Shown piece by piece: positions 1 through 10,296 of a DNA stretch of 64,000 nt. The first letter of the stretch is position 1; each line of letters opens with the position of its first letter. The stretch is from an uncultured delta proteobacterium (GTDB lineage: Bacteria; Desulfobacterota; Binatia; Binatales; Binataceae): the NCBI GenBank assembly GCA_963724765.1, contig CAVRVY010000003.1, forward strand, positions 320,001 to 384,000, in the 5' to 3' direction. Below the pieces are notes generated by a model. That model was given only the letters and a program-made list of their open reading frames with translations. It made no database searches and was not told where the DNA came from. A program made the translations under genes and the position numbers.

Positions 1-1013
1 GTGCCTCCGACGGAGCATCCACTTACACAAAGCTCGCAGGTGGACGGCTTGCCGATCGAGTGGGAGTGCGGCATGTCGCTGCGACTTTCGGCTATCTGAT
101 AACTGGATTGGCGACGGGTTCATTTGCACTTGCTCAGAGATGGTTCGAATTGCTGGTCGCCCGAACGGTGGGATGGATGGCGCGCGGCATACGTGGACCT
201 TGCCGCGACAACATGCTGGTCGAATCAGTTCCGGCCGAGAAGGTCGGTACTGCATTCGGATTCCATCGCTCGTTCGATACGCTCGGGGCGATCATTGGTC
301 CGCTGGTCGCGATGTTCCTGCTGTATCGGATCGGTTTCCGCGGCATCTTCGTACTGAGCCTCGTGCCGGGAGTGTTGTCTGCGGTCTCATTCTTTTTCCT
401 GGTCCGTGAACCTGGGGCAGACCATTTCGAAAGTCCCCACGTGTTTCCCGGGTGGAACGCGGCGGTGCCGCCAGCATTTCGACGTTTCCTGCTAGCAGTT
501 GGCACCTTCGGGATTGGCGACTTTGCGCAGAGCATGCTCATCCTCCGCGCGGCCCAGTTGATGGGCTCCTCGGCCAAAGCAATGAGCGTCGCGGTTGGCC
601 TGTACGTCGTGCACAACATTGCGCACGCGATATTCGACTATCCGATCGGCGTCGCAGGCGATCACTATCAACGGCGCTATCTGCTCGCGGCGTGGTACGT
701 CGTAGACGTGTTCGCGGCCGTTGGTTTCGCGCTCGGACCGACCGGCCTCCCATCGCTGGTAGTGCTTTTCATTCTCGAAGGCACGGTGATGGCGGCTGAG
801 GAAACGCTTGAATCGGCGGTGGCCACCGATCTTTTGCCTGCGGATGTCCGTGGCACGGGTTTCGGAATCCTCGCCAGTGTGAATGGCGTCGGCGACTTGG
901 TGTCGAGCACCGTGGTCGGACTACTGTGGACTCATGTATCGGCTAAAGCCGCCTTTGGCTACGCCGCCGTGACGAGCACAATCGGCTCAGTACTGCTTTT
1001 CCTGGCGGTATGA
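1..1013 (+). CDS. MFS transporter (5'-truncated by window edge)
   Basis: Frame is open from position 3 (ASDGASTYTKLAGGRLADRVG, MFS motif A-like); many hydrophobic helices; RGTGFG in the C-terminal half. Confidence 0.85.
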   Translation, partial: ASDGASTYTKLAGGRLADRVGVRHVAATFGYLITGLATGSFALAQRWFELLVARTVGWMARGIRGPCRDNMLVESVPAEKVGTAFGFHRSFDTLGAIIGPLVAMFLLYRIGFRGIFVLSLVPGVLSAVSFFFLVREPGADHFESPHVFPGWNAAVPPAFRRFLLAVGTFGIGDFAQSMLILRAAQLMGSSAKAMSVAVGLYVVHNIAHAIFDYPIGVAGDHYQRRYLLAAWYVVDVFAAVGFALGPTGLPSLVVLFILEGTVMAAEETLESAVATDLLPADVRGTGFGILASVNGVGDLVSSTVVGLLWTHVSAKAAFGYAAVTSTIGSVLLFLAV

Positions 1014-1438
1014 CGATGAATGGGTCTCACATCAGAAGGATCTCGATTGTTATGCGGGCGCTGGAAGACGCCACAGTCGAAATTGAAGATGCCTGCAAGA
1101 TTCACGGCAGACGTACGCGCCTGTTGATTGCGTTTGAGGACGATATTGCCGACTCTGTGAAGCCAATAATTCTTGGTAAGCTGCGGCAGATTAAGTCGGA
1201 GATTCAAGACCTGAAGACCTACTACGATTTGGAGTCGATTACGTTCTCCAGCCGGCGCCATCTTTCAACGAAGCTTGTAATCCTGACGATCGATCTGACC
1301 GAGTGTCTTTCGCAGTACCTTCGCAGCTACGGTGAGGTTCCAGAAGAGGAACGGGCCCCGCTCGACGAGCGGGTATCACGATTGGAAGCGCTCGTGAACG
1401 AAGTGAGCAGACTCGTAGGTTCTAATCGCGCAGCGTGA
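1010..1438 (+). CDS. Hypothetical helical protein, 142 aa
   Basis: ATGA overlap with the MFS stop codon; protein-like amphipathic helical composition. Confidence 0.65.
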   Translation: MTMNGSHIRRISIVMRALEDATVEIEDACKIHGRRTRLLIAFEDDIADSVKPIILGKLRQIKSEIQDLKTYYDLESITFSSRRHLSTKLVILTIDLTECLSQYLRSYGEVPEEERAPLDERVSRLEALVNEVSRLVGSNRAA

Positions 1439-1578
1439 TTTCCAACGTGAGGGCCACACTGCATGGAACTCAATCGCTAGAACACTTGAAGTTTATTCAG
1501 TCGGGGTGGTGCGGGAAAAGACTAAGACATTATCGCCGGACATTGAGATATTCGAGTCGAAATGTCCGAGAGTCGCCT

Positions 1579-1622
1579 ATGGCATTCAGGAGGTCGCGCG
1601 TTCGATCCGCGTCAGCTCCACC
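1579..1622 (+). mobile_element. tRNA-Ala(GGC) 3'-half fragment, probable att site (island boundary)
   Basis: ATGGCAT anticodon loop, TCAGG, AGGTC, T-arm GCGCG-TTCGATC-CGCGT, acceptor 3' strand CAGCTCC-A-CC; no 5' half (GGGGCTG/D-arm) upstream. Confidence 0.8.
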
Positions 1623-2335
1623 CGTAAAATCAGATTACTTTCGCTGCTCAGACGTCGACGAATGGACGGCTTGCCCGCAATTCTGTCCTCTTTGTCAAGC
1701 GGCGGCGCCGACATTGAACGAGCTGTGTCTCGAACGCAGCGGATGTTCGATATGCTTTGCGGGTCGCATCTTCGTAGTCCGCGAAACGGGCCCGATAGTT
1801 CCCTCTTCTCCTGTGAAATACCTCGTGTCGATGACTGCGGCTTTCAGTGGCGACTGCGCTATTCTTCGTGCCTCCAGGCTCGTAGCGGCCCACGAGTCGG
1901 ACCGGCACGTTACAAACCGGTCGCTCCGGGGATGAGCGCACAAATCGCGCGTGTAGGGGCGATGCGCCCGCCACACCCGCACCGCGGGAACTCATATGTC
2001 GAATCATGTCGCGTCACTTAGTTCCGTCTCTGTTCCGTTTCGCCACAGAGGCGGGTTTCGCACATAAGGGTCGACCAATCATTGATCTTCGTTATTGACA
2101 TAACCAAACGCCTGGATGTTTCACTGGCCTTGTGCATCGCACTTAACGTAGTCTAAGAAAGTCGGGATCGACGTAAAAAGTTCAGTCCGACCTTGATCCA
2201 GCCCACGGTGGCCATTCCGCTCGCCTTTGACCACTTTTCGCTAGACCAACCCAAAGCGTCCGCAAGCACAGGCCTGACCGAAATTCGTTGGTATCTTTTT
2301 ACCTTTCTGTGGGAAGCGTTTGTGAGGCAACAAGA

Positions 2336-2614
2336 ATGGCAATTAATGATGATGCAGACACTATCGTGGCAGACACTCAACCGGTAAAACCTGCGCTGAT
2401 GGCAGAGCTGACATGGGCCAAGCTATACACAAAGGCAATGCACAAGGATTTAGGCGCTATTTCTACGGCTATTAGTAAGAGTGAACCGACTGCTGCCGGA
2501 CCGGAAATGAAGAAGAGCGCGGAGAAATTACACGATCAGCTGCAGAGCGCGAATCGCACTGTAGGCGAACTCGGCGATCGTGCTGGCATTAAGCACATGC
2601 CAGTTAAAGAATGA
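2336..2614 (+). CDS. Small hypothetical protein, 92 aa (MAINDDAD...)
   Basis: GAGG upstream of ATG 2336; helical protein-like composition; no family recognised. Confidence 0.4.
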   Translation: MAINDDADTIVADTQPVKPALMAELTWAKLYTKAMHKDLGAISTAISKSEPTAAGPEMKKSAEKLHDQLQSANRTVGELGDRAGIKHMPVKE

Positions 2615-3118
2615 CCAGGTTTAAAGGTTGTACCAGGCCGCGAGAGAGCCAGGTCAAGGCCATGGCTTTTTTGGATAGCACTGATGTCGGAGCTGACATG
2701 AGTCACGCTAGACACAAAGGCAGAGCCTACGCCTGCGGTGCCCATTAGGGCGAAGAAACTCCGATAAGTGGTCGCGATTTCATAGCATTGAGATTGCCGG
2801 CTGGCATCCAGTCGTCCCCGGACAGCGGCGCCACGAGAGAACTGTCAATGGACAAAGTTTTGCGTCCCAGATCCTGTGCGCAGCCGTGTCGCCCCAAAAT
2901 CAGAGCGAGGCGCAGGTATATGAGAAGCCTCTTCTCCAGAGCACGCAAATCAAATCAACAGGCGCAAGCGGCGCTTGCTAAGAAGCCGAGAACTGGCGTT
3001 AGTACTACCCGCTGTGCAGCAATGCCATACCGCCAGGCACAATGATCTAAGGCCGACGCAGGCCGTATTTCACGTGACCGCCAAGCGATTGCACCCAGCA
3101 ACTTCCTAATCAGAGCTG

Positions 3119-4615
3119 CTACAAGGGTCGGCCGGTAGCCCTATTTACTGCGGCCTTTGCCACTGAAAACCCGTACAAGGCGCCAGCGTACGCGGCATCG
3201 TCGTAGGTGTAGTAACGCTGAGCGTCTTCCAATTCCACGATATTAGTCAGGCCTGTTTCGTAGCGTTTCTCCGCGAGTTCGAGTTCAACCCGCGAGGCTG
3301 CCAGCGCCTTCTCGGCCCGGCTGATACGCTGCAGGGCAGCCTGTAAATTCAAGAAGGTGGTCTGCACCTCAAGAATGATTCGCTGTTGCAGATCTTCGAT
3401 CGCGTCCCGAACTGCGCGTTGTTTGGCGTTGCTTTCGGTTATCTGATCGGTCGTGAGAAAGCTGTTGAAGATCGGCCATGTAATGAGGATGCCGACGTTG
3501 TAATTGTTGGCGGCCGGCAGCCCGGTGCCCATGGTCGAATAACCGCCTACCGCGCTGGCCGTAGGATAGTAGTCACTTCTGTACTCGACGACCTGAGCTG
3601 CGAGGGCCTTCGCCTGTTCGTCGAGTGCTTTCAAATCCGGCCGTTGCCGCATGGCGATCGCCAGCAGCGGTTGCAATTTCTCTTCGACTGGCGAGTACGT
3701 CAGGACGTCTGCGAGATGGTACTCAGGGGCGCGGTCGCTTAAGCCTAGCGCGTTGTTGAGTCCGACCTTGGCGTCCGCATAGTCATTTCTTGCGTCGACC
3801 AGATGAAGTTGCGCTCGCTCAACTTCAGCCTGCGTAACATAGACGTCGAGCTGGGGGCGAAGCCCCGCGTGAGCCTTCACCTGTGCTTCGTGCAGATGAT
3901 ACTGGCGTTGTTCCACAGCCTTTTCGTAGACGCGGATCAACTCCTTGGCCTGAAGGACTTCAAAATAGCGCTGCGAGACTTCGAAGATCAGATCGAGTTT
4001 GTCAAGTTGCTCAGACGCTGCAACCGAGGCGGCTTCGAACTTGCGCTGAGCGACGAAGCCGTGACGCCGCCCGAAGTCGAAGAGAAACTGAGAGACAGCC
4101 ACTCCCCCCATGTAATTGTTGCTGGTATTCCAACTCTGCGAAAAGTCGTTGATAGGCAAATCGTGGTTTATCCCGGTCATTCTCGGGAATGCACCCTCCG
4201 CGTCGTAATAACTCGTGTTTGCGACACCGTTCTCCGTGCTACCCAAATCCTGGGCAATACCGAAGACCTGAGGCCCGAGAAACGAACGAGCCTCGCCGAT
4301 TCGGGCGGTAGCGGCATTCGTATTTTCCGCCGCTTCCTTGATCCGCGGATGATACTTGAGCGCGATGGAAATCGCTTGCTTAAGCGTCAGTTCGGACCCT
4401 GTGGATATCGGCACCGCGGTTGGCGTGGTTCCGGAGCTCTGCGGGACAGTTAGAGTGGTCGACGCTGGCCAAACGGGAGACAACGGCGGTATCGTGGTCA
4501 AGAAGTTGGTGCCGGTTTGGCCCGTGAAAGTGCTGCCGGTCCCCGCTGCGGTCGCATAGCCGCGCGCAAGCGACAGAATGCACACGAGAAGCGCGAGAGT
4601 ACGCCGGTAGGCCAT
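3119..4615 (-). CDS. TolC-family outer membrane efflux protein
   Basis: Signal peptide, two OEP repeats (LTLKQAISIAL...; EKRYETGLTNIVELEDAQ); last gene of the RND operon. Confidence 0.92.
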   Translation of the reverse strand: MAYRRTLALLVCILSLARGYATAAGTGSTFTGQTGTNFLTTIPPLSPVWPASTTLTVPQSSGTTPTAVPISTGSELTLKQAISIALKYHPRIKEAAENTNAATARIGEARSFLGPQVFGIAQDLGSTENGVANTSYYDAEGAFPRMTGINHDLPINDFSQSWNTSNNYMGGVAVSQFLFDFGRRHGFVAQRKFEAASVAASEQLDKLDLIFEVSQRYFEVLQAKELIRVYEKAVEQRQYHLHEAQVKAHAGLRPQLDVYVTQAEVERAQLHLVDARNDYADAKVGLNNALGLSDRAPEYHLADVLTYSPVEEKLQPLLAIAMRQRPDLKALDEQAKALAAQVVEYRSDYYPTASAVGGYSTMGTGLPAANNYNVGILITWPIFNSFLTTDQITESNAKQRAVRDAIEDLQQRIILEVQTTFLNLQAALQRISRAEKALAASRVELELAEKRYETGLTNIVELEDAQRYYTYDDAAYAGALYGFSVAKAAVNRATGRPL

Positions 4616-4671
4616 AAGTTCACTCCACCAAGACTATGGATTTGGCAAGCGATGTTTTCCTGCTCATTGCT

Positions 4672-5832
4672 TCAGCCGACGCCGCCAGACAAGCCACTTG
4701 CTTCATGGGTGACCTTGCGCAGGCTGAAGCGGACCCGTTCCCCGGGGCTAAGCGCATTACTATAGGTGCCGACAACCAGTGATTCATCTTCCAATCCCGA
4801 TGTGACTTCCACCTGACTCCCATCATCGATACCGGTCGATATGGGAACCGCGGCTATGCGGCCTCGCTTGACAACCAAAACGCGCGCCGATTTTCCATTG
4901 CCCTGAATCGCAGCAGCCGGAACGCTCATGGCGTCGGAATGACGAATTAAGTCGAGAGTCACATGCGCATAGCTTCTGGGATAGAGCACGTGAGCCGGAT
5001 TATCGATATCGACCTCGGTCAGCATCGTTCGCGTGGCAAGGTCCAGCGAGGTCGCATATCTCGCCACTGACCCTTTGAACACGCGATTGGGGAATTCGTT
5101 GAAGCGCAAAATCGCCGGAGTTCCCCGGTGTATCAACGGATACGATGTCTCCGGGACATACACATAGACGCGCAGCTTCTCAATGCCCGCGAGTGTGAGA
5201 ATGGGGCCGCCTCCACCGCGGTGGCCGCCGGCGCCTTCAGTCGCACCGGGAGAAATCAATCCGGAGGTCTCGTCGATTCCGAAATCGCCGCCGCCAGCAC
5301 GGATCAAAGCGCCTGGATCGGCGAAGCGTCCCGTAATCACTCCGTCAAACGGCGCGACAATTCTCGTATATTCGACCATTGTTTGGAGGGTTCGCGTGGC
5401 GGCCTGTGTCTCCTGATATTTGGCGTAAGCCATGTCAACATCTTCTTGCGACACGAGCCGAGGATCGTTCTGTTGCACGTGTTTCAGCCGCTCGTAAGTA
5501 ATCCTTGCTATATCCAAATTTGCTTGTGCGCGAGCGAGGTTGGAACGGAGTTCTGGCACTTGAATCTGCGCCAATACCTGTCCTGCCTTTACCCAATCGC
5601 CCTTGTCCACGCTGATGGATTGCAGATAGCCGGTGACTTTGGCATGCAAGGCGGCTTCATAGAAACCCACTACATCACCAGGCAACTCGATGGTACGCAC
5701 CATCTCACCCCGTTGCGGATGAATGACGCTTACTGTAGGGTCCGGTGGATCGCCGCTCGGATCAGGTTTCTTGGCACACGCCCACGCTAGCGTGGCCATA
5801 GCCACGACGATCATAGCCATTTTTACGTTCAT
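4672..5832 (-). CDS. RND efflux periplasmic adaptor (membrane fusion protein)
   Basis: Lipobox-like AWAC, lipoyl/barrel motifs (AKVTGYLQSISVDKGDWVKAGQVL; IVAPFDGVIT); start at MNVKMA is preceded by GGAGGAG. Confidence 0.92.
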   Translation of the reverse strand: MNVKMAMIVVAMATLAWACAKKPDPSGDPPDPTVSVIHPQRGEMVRTIELPGDVVGFYEAALHAKVTGYLQSISVDKGDWVKAGQVLAQIQVPELRSNLARAQANLDIARITYERLKHVQQNDPRLVSQEDVDMAYAKYQETQAATRTLQTMVEYTRIVAPFDGVITGRFADPGALIRAGGGDFGIDETSGLISPGATEGAGGHRGGGGPILTLAGIEKLRVYVYVPETSYPLIHRGTPAILRFNEFPNRVFKGSVARYATSLDLATRTMLTEVDIDNPAHVLYPRSYAHVTLDLIRHSDAMSVPAAAIQGNGKSARVLVVKRGRIAAVPISTGIDDGSQVEVTSGLEDESLVVGTYSNALSPGERVRFSLRKVTHEASGLSGGVG

Positions 5833-5905
5833 ATACTCACTCTTCCACCTGGCTCCTCCCAAACTTCCGTAATCACTCACTCTACTAAGGCCTCGGTCGT
5901 CAAGG

Positions 5906-6558
5906 CTATAGGAAGCAAGCCCAACCACTGTGGCCAGAGACGGTAATAAGAATCAACCACATCCGCATCCTCGCTGAGTCCACCATAGCCTTACGCAAAT
6001 CGTCGCCCTGGCGCGCTCGCTCATTGGCGAAATCGACCAAAAGAATGGCATTTGTGACCGCGATCCCAACCATATAGACGACGCCCATCAAGGACTCTAT
6101 GTTGAGCGTCGTGCCTTTCGCCCATAGCGTCCAGACTACCCCGATCAGGCCCATTGGCACCGCGAACATGGCAATGAAGAGGTCGAGAAAGGTGCGGAAC
6201 TTGCGCCACCATCACCAAGTACACCAGGATCACGGCTATGAATAGACCGCAATCCATACTTGCGAGGGACGAGCGCATCGCCACAATCGCGCCGCGATAG
6301 TTGACCGAGACGCCGCTGGGCAGACCGAGACGGTGGAGCGCTTTTTCGATGGCGTTCTGCGTCCTGCCAACATCCTCGTCGCTCGGCGACACGAGCAGAT
6401 CCGGCATGCCCTGGTAAAACGTCGCCAACATCACTGCCGGAATTTTGATGTTCCGGAGGACGTCGACTAACATCCGCTTGAACGCCATCGCCCAATATCA
6501 TCACGATCGGCGCTCCGACGATTATCGTGTACGAATTACGCAGAAACACACTTGGCAT
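5906..6558 (-). pseudogene. Internally deleted, frameshifted paralogue of the adjacent RND permease
   Basis: Pieces in three frames match permease residues 1-53 (MPSVFLRNSYTIIVGA...ATFYQGMP) joined directly to residue 832 onward (DLLVSPS...MFAVPMGLIGV...SARMRM). Confidence 0.9.
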
Positions 6559-6599
6559 TTTATGCTGTTCTCATCTGAATCTTCACGCTGCCACACGGG

Positions 6600-9500
6600 C
6601 TAGTCCAGGATTTCAACGCGCTCGAGCCGCGCATAGAACAACTCATACACACATGGTACGAGAACGAGCGTGAGTATCGTGGAAACGATGAGGCCGCCGA
6701 CGGCGGCGCGAGCCAAGGGCGCCGAGGCTTCGGAACCCTCGCCCAGTTTGAGCGCAATCGGCATCAGCCCGGCAACCGTCGCCAGCGCTGTCATTAGGAT
6801 AGGTCGCATGCGAATCCGCGCCGATTCGACCACGGCGCGCCGCAGAGGCTGATTCTGCTTGCGCCGTTCGTTGGCGAAGTCGACGAGCAGAATCGAGTTC
6901 GAAACCACGATACCGACCATCACGATGATTCCCATGAACGACTCGATGTTGAGCGTCGTATTAGTCGCCCAAAGCGTCCAGATCACACCGATCAGCCCCA
7001 TCGGAACAGCGAACATGATAATTAAAGGGTCCAAAAACGATCCGAATTGCGCGACCATTACCAGGTAAAGCAGGACCACTGCCAGCGATAGTCCAAACCC
7101 GAAACTCGAAAATGAGGCATGCATGGCGGCCACCGATCCGCGATAGTTTATCGTGACTCCCCGGGGCAGACTTAGCCGGGCCAGCGCCTTCTCGATCGCG
7201 GTTTGAGTTCCGCCCAGGTCCTGGCCGCTGGGCGATACCAGCAGATCGACCGTGCGCTGAATGTTGTAGTGGTCAGCTTCGGACGGATGGTACTCGGGGA
7301 CAACCGACGCCACGTCACGCAGCAAGAGGCTTTGTGCGTGGCCGGTTTCGCGCGGGTTGCTCTGTACGGGGATGTCCTCCACTGCTCCCAGAGAATTAAA
7401 ACCATTGTCCGCCCCAAGATACTGAACCGTCAGGAAGTAATCGTTGTTATTCGTACGATCTATCCAGATAGAAGGCTTGATGTAGAGGTTGGAATTCAGC
7501 GCGGTTATCACGTTGGAGATAATGTCTTTTTGGCTGATACCCAAACGAGCCGACCTAATCCGGTCAACCTGGATATTCAGCGTAGGATACTGGGACTCCT
7601 GCTGAATGAAGGTCTGAGAGACTTGAGGAAGACCGTCAACCGCTTCTCGTGCCTCGTCGGCGGCTTTGTATAAGGAAGTGAATTGGCCTCCAGCAAATTG
7701 CACGTCGATCGGCGCCATCATTCCAAAGCTGAGAACCGCGTCGATGATGCTGCCCGAGGAAAAGAGGGTGCGTACCTCGGGCAGGTCATGCGCTAGCAGC
7801 TTCTTCAGGCGCTCGACGTAATATGCGGTAAGCCTTTGATGTCCTTCCTTGAGTGCGACTTCGAGAAAGCCCGAGTCTTCCGCCGCGTTCGGCGAGTAAA
7901 TGGCGGAGATGCTGGGAGCGAGGCCGATATTGGAGACCACCATGTCGAGATCGCTTGACGGAATCGTCCTGCGTATCTCTGCCTCGATCTTGTGCGCCAA
8001 CTCGGTGGTGAGTTCAAGGCGCGTGCCCGCCGGAGCCCGGAAGTTGATAGTGAAGGTTCCCGCGTCAGTTTCGGGAAACAGTTCGGTCCCGAGCAAGGGA
8101 TAAATTGCCATACTCCCAACGAAGAGGATCGTGACAGCGGCGATAACCGGGAACTTGTGGTTTAGGGCCCGCTCCAGAACGTGTTCGTAACTTAGTGCGA
8201 ACCGCTCGTACGCGCGGTTGAACGTCCCCAGCGGCCCTCGGCCCTGACCATGTTCTGCCGCCGTTGCTTGGGCCGCGGAGAGAAAACGAGTGCAATAAAT
8301 GGGTATCACACTCATCGCGACCAGGTACGAGGCGGTCATGGAGAGCACCACGGCCAGTGCCAGGGCACTGAAGAGATACTTCGCCACCCCGAACAGAAAC
8401 ATCACCGGAAAGAACACGATGCAGGTAGTGACTGTGGAGGCGAGCACGGGAAGCGCGACCTCTTCGGCGCCGTCGCGTGCGGCCTCGTCCGAGGGCTTGC
8501 CCTTCGCCAGATGGCGATTGATGTTCTCGAGCACGACGACCGAGTCGTCGACCAATCGGCCAATCGCCAGTGCAAAGCCGCCCAAAGTCATGATGTTGAT
8601 GGTCGAGCCATTCATATACAGACCGAACGCTCCGGCCAGGATCGAAAGCGGAATCGATAGAAAAATCGCGAACGTAGACCGAAAACTGCCGAGGAAGATT
8701 AGAATCATCAGCGAGGCCAGCACCGAGCCTGATACCGCCTCGTGTTCCAGGCTCTCTACCGCCTGTCTGATGTAGGTGGACTGGTCGAAAATTGTCTTGA
8801 GCTTCATTCCGGGCGGCAACCCAAAGACCTTGGGCAGCATCTTCTTGATCCCATCCACCACCGAAATGGTGTTGGCGCCCACCTGGCGCAGCACCGGAAT
8901 GTAAACCGACGGCTGCCCGTTAATCAGCACTTTGTTGTATTGAATCTGCGATGAGTCATCGACCCGCGCCACATCCCGAATCAACACCGGCGCCTGACCG
9001 CGACCGACTTTCACAGGCACTGAGCCGATCCTCTGGATCTTTTCGATCATGCTATTGGAATAAATGTAGTAATCCTTAGCGCCGATCTTCACGTCGCCGG
9101 CCGGCAGGATCAGGTTGGAGTTGTCAAGCGCGTGCACCACATTCATCAGGGATAGCCCGCGCGCCTGTAGCGCCTGCGCGTCAGCGTACACCATCACCTG
9201 GCGAAACTTGCCGCCGAACGGGATCGGCACCGAAGCTCCCGGCACCGTGGCGAGTTGATTGCGGATGTTGTAGCGGGCCTGATCCTCAATCTGGGCCTCG
9301 TTGTACCCCTCACCCTCCGCCGTCACCAGCACAACCGGCAGCGAAGAAGCGTCGTACTGCAACACCAACGGGGGCAGAGTCCCAGGCGGCATGATCCCCA
9401 GGTCCGCCATCGCCAACGTCCCCATCTGGGCTGCCGCCGCCTCGATGTCGGTGCCCGGCTGGAAAAACACCTTGATGATACTCACGCCCGACAGCGAGCG

Positions 9501-9740
9501 CGATTCCACATGCTCGATGTTGCTGCCGAGCGTGAAGAAGCGCTCATAGCGGAAGGTGATGTTGTCCTCCATGTCCAGCGGCGGCATTCCCTGGTAAAAG
9601 GTCGCCACCACCACCGCCGGAATCTTTATGTTGGGGAAGACGTCGACCGGCATCCGCATGAATGCCGTTACGCCCAGTATAACCACTATCAGCGCTCCGA
9701 CGATTATTGTGTACGGATTACGCAGCGAAAAACTTGGCAC
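6600..9740 (-). CDS. RND efflux transporter permease (AcrB/CusA superfamily), 1046 aa
   Basis: Length, GRLVDDSVVVLENI proton-relay motif, RMRPILMT motif; GTG start with SD GAAGGGA. Confidence 0.95.
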   Translation of the reverse strand: MPSFSLRNPYTIIVGALIVVILGVTAFMRMPVDVFPNIKIPAVVVATFYQGMPPLDMEDNITFRYERFFTLGSNIEHVESRSLSGVSIIKVFFQPGTDIEAAAAQMGTLAMADLGIMPPGTLPPLVLQYDASSLPVVLVTAEGEGYNEAQIEDQARYNIRNQLATVPGASVPIPFGGKFRQVMVYADAQALQARGLSLMNVVHALDNSNLILPAGDVKIGAKDYYIYSNSMIEKIQRIGSVPVKVGRGQAPVLIRDVARVDDSSQIQYNKVLINGQPSVYIPVLRQVGANTISVVDGIKKMLPKVFGLPPGMKLKTIFDQSTYIRQAVESLEHEAVSGSVLASLMILIFLGSFRSTFAIFLSIPLSILAGAFGLYMNGSTINIMTLGGFALAIGRLVDDSVVVLENINRHLAKGKPSDEAARDGAEEVALPVLASTVTTCIVFFPVMFLFGVAKYLFSALALAVVLSMTASYLVAMSVIPIYCTRFLSAAQATAAEHGQGRGPLGTFNRAYERFALSYEHVLERALNHKFPVIAAVTILFVGSMAIYPLLGTELFPETDAGTFTINFRAPAGTRLELTTELAHKIEAEIRRTIPSSDLDMVVSNIGLAPSISAIYSPNAAEDSGFLEVALKEGHQRLTAYYVERLKKLLAHDLPEVRTLFSSGSIIDAVLSFGMMAPIDVQFAGGQFTSLYKAADEAREAVDGLPQVSQTFIQQESQYPTLNIQVDRIRSARLGISQKDIISNVITALNSNLYIKPSIWIDRTNNNDYFLTVQYLGADNGFNSLGAVEDIPVQSNPRETGHAQSLLLRDVASVVPEYHPSEADHYNIQRTVDLLVSPSGQDLGGTQTAIEKALARLSLPRGVTINYRGSVAAMHASFSSFGFGLSLAVVLLYLVMVAQFGSFLDPLIIMFAVPMGLIGVIWTLWATNTTLNIESFMGIIVMVGIVVSNSILLVDFANERRKQNQPLRRAVVESARIRMRPILMTALATVAGLMPIALKLGEGSEASAPLARAAVGGLIVSTILTLVLVPCVYELFYARLERVEILD

Positions 9741-9850
9741 TGAACAATCCCTTCGACGAGCGCGGCGTGCAGCCGCGCAAGACTATAGCTCGACCAGATC
9801 GCACACGGCGCTTGCGCCCGATGATGCGGCTCAGGAGTCCGAAAGGCTGC

Positions 9851-10204
9851 TCAGATGAGCGGATATTCGCTGTCAGCGCGGGAAGGGATACGTCTGAGGG
9901 GCCAGATGAATCGTCGGTCCTCGCGAGAGAACGCTCTCGAAACGTTAGTGGAACGAACGATTCGAGCCACTAGGCACACTACGACTGGCTCGAAGTTTGA
10001 AGCCTTATACGCCTTGCGTAAAGTAGCGTCTTCGTCGACCGAAGCGTCATTCACGAACCGGTGGGGACCCTCCAGATTTCTTTGTTGAACTGGTCGCCAC
10101 TTCGGCGTTGCATGGGGAAGCCGCAATCTCGGCACCAACACCACGATGCTTGCCAATGCAAGAATCGCGGCCAGCAGTCCAAGGTGTTGCCTTCGTCGAT
10201 TCAT
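9851..10204 (-). CDS. Leader-type small protein 2 (N-terminal hydrophobic segment, C-terminal LRRIPS)
   Basis: 117 aa; basic N-terminus plus hydrophobic helix; same layout as 10988-11332; lies 110 nt upstream of the RND start. Confidence 0.6.
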   Translation of the reverse strand: MNRRRQHLGLLAAILALASIVVLVPRLRLPHATPKWRPVQQRNLEGPHRFVNDASVDEDATLRKAYKASNFEPVVVCLVARIVRSTNVSRAFSREDRRFIWPLRRIPSRADSEYPLI

Positions 10205-10296
10205 GACGCCCGATTATTTCTAGCTGTTAGCTCCCCGAGAAACCAAAATGCAAGTCCCTGATCGCATGTAGGCCCTCCTGAAGCATACTAACAAAT

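Noticed and set aside
1435-2021. ORFs 1435-1935 and 1506-2021
   Set aside because: They run across the tRNA-derived att site and have non-protein-like composition.
2859-2880. Minus-strand CGCACAGG...TGGGACGCAAA resembling a c-di-GMP-I riboswitch
   Set aside because: Lacks the GGCAAA/P2-GNRA hairpin and P3, and has no clear downstream gene.
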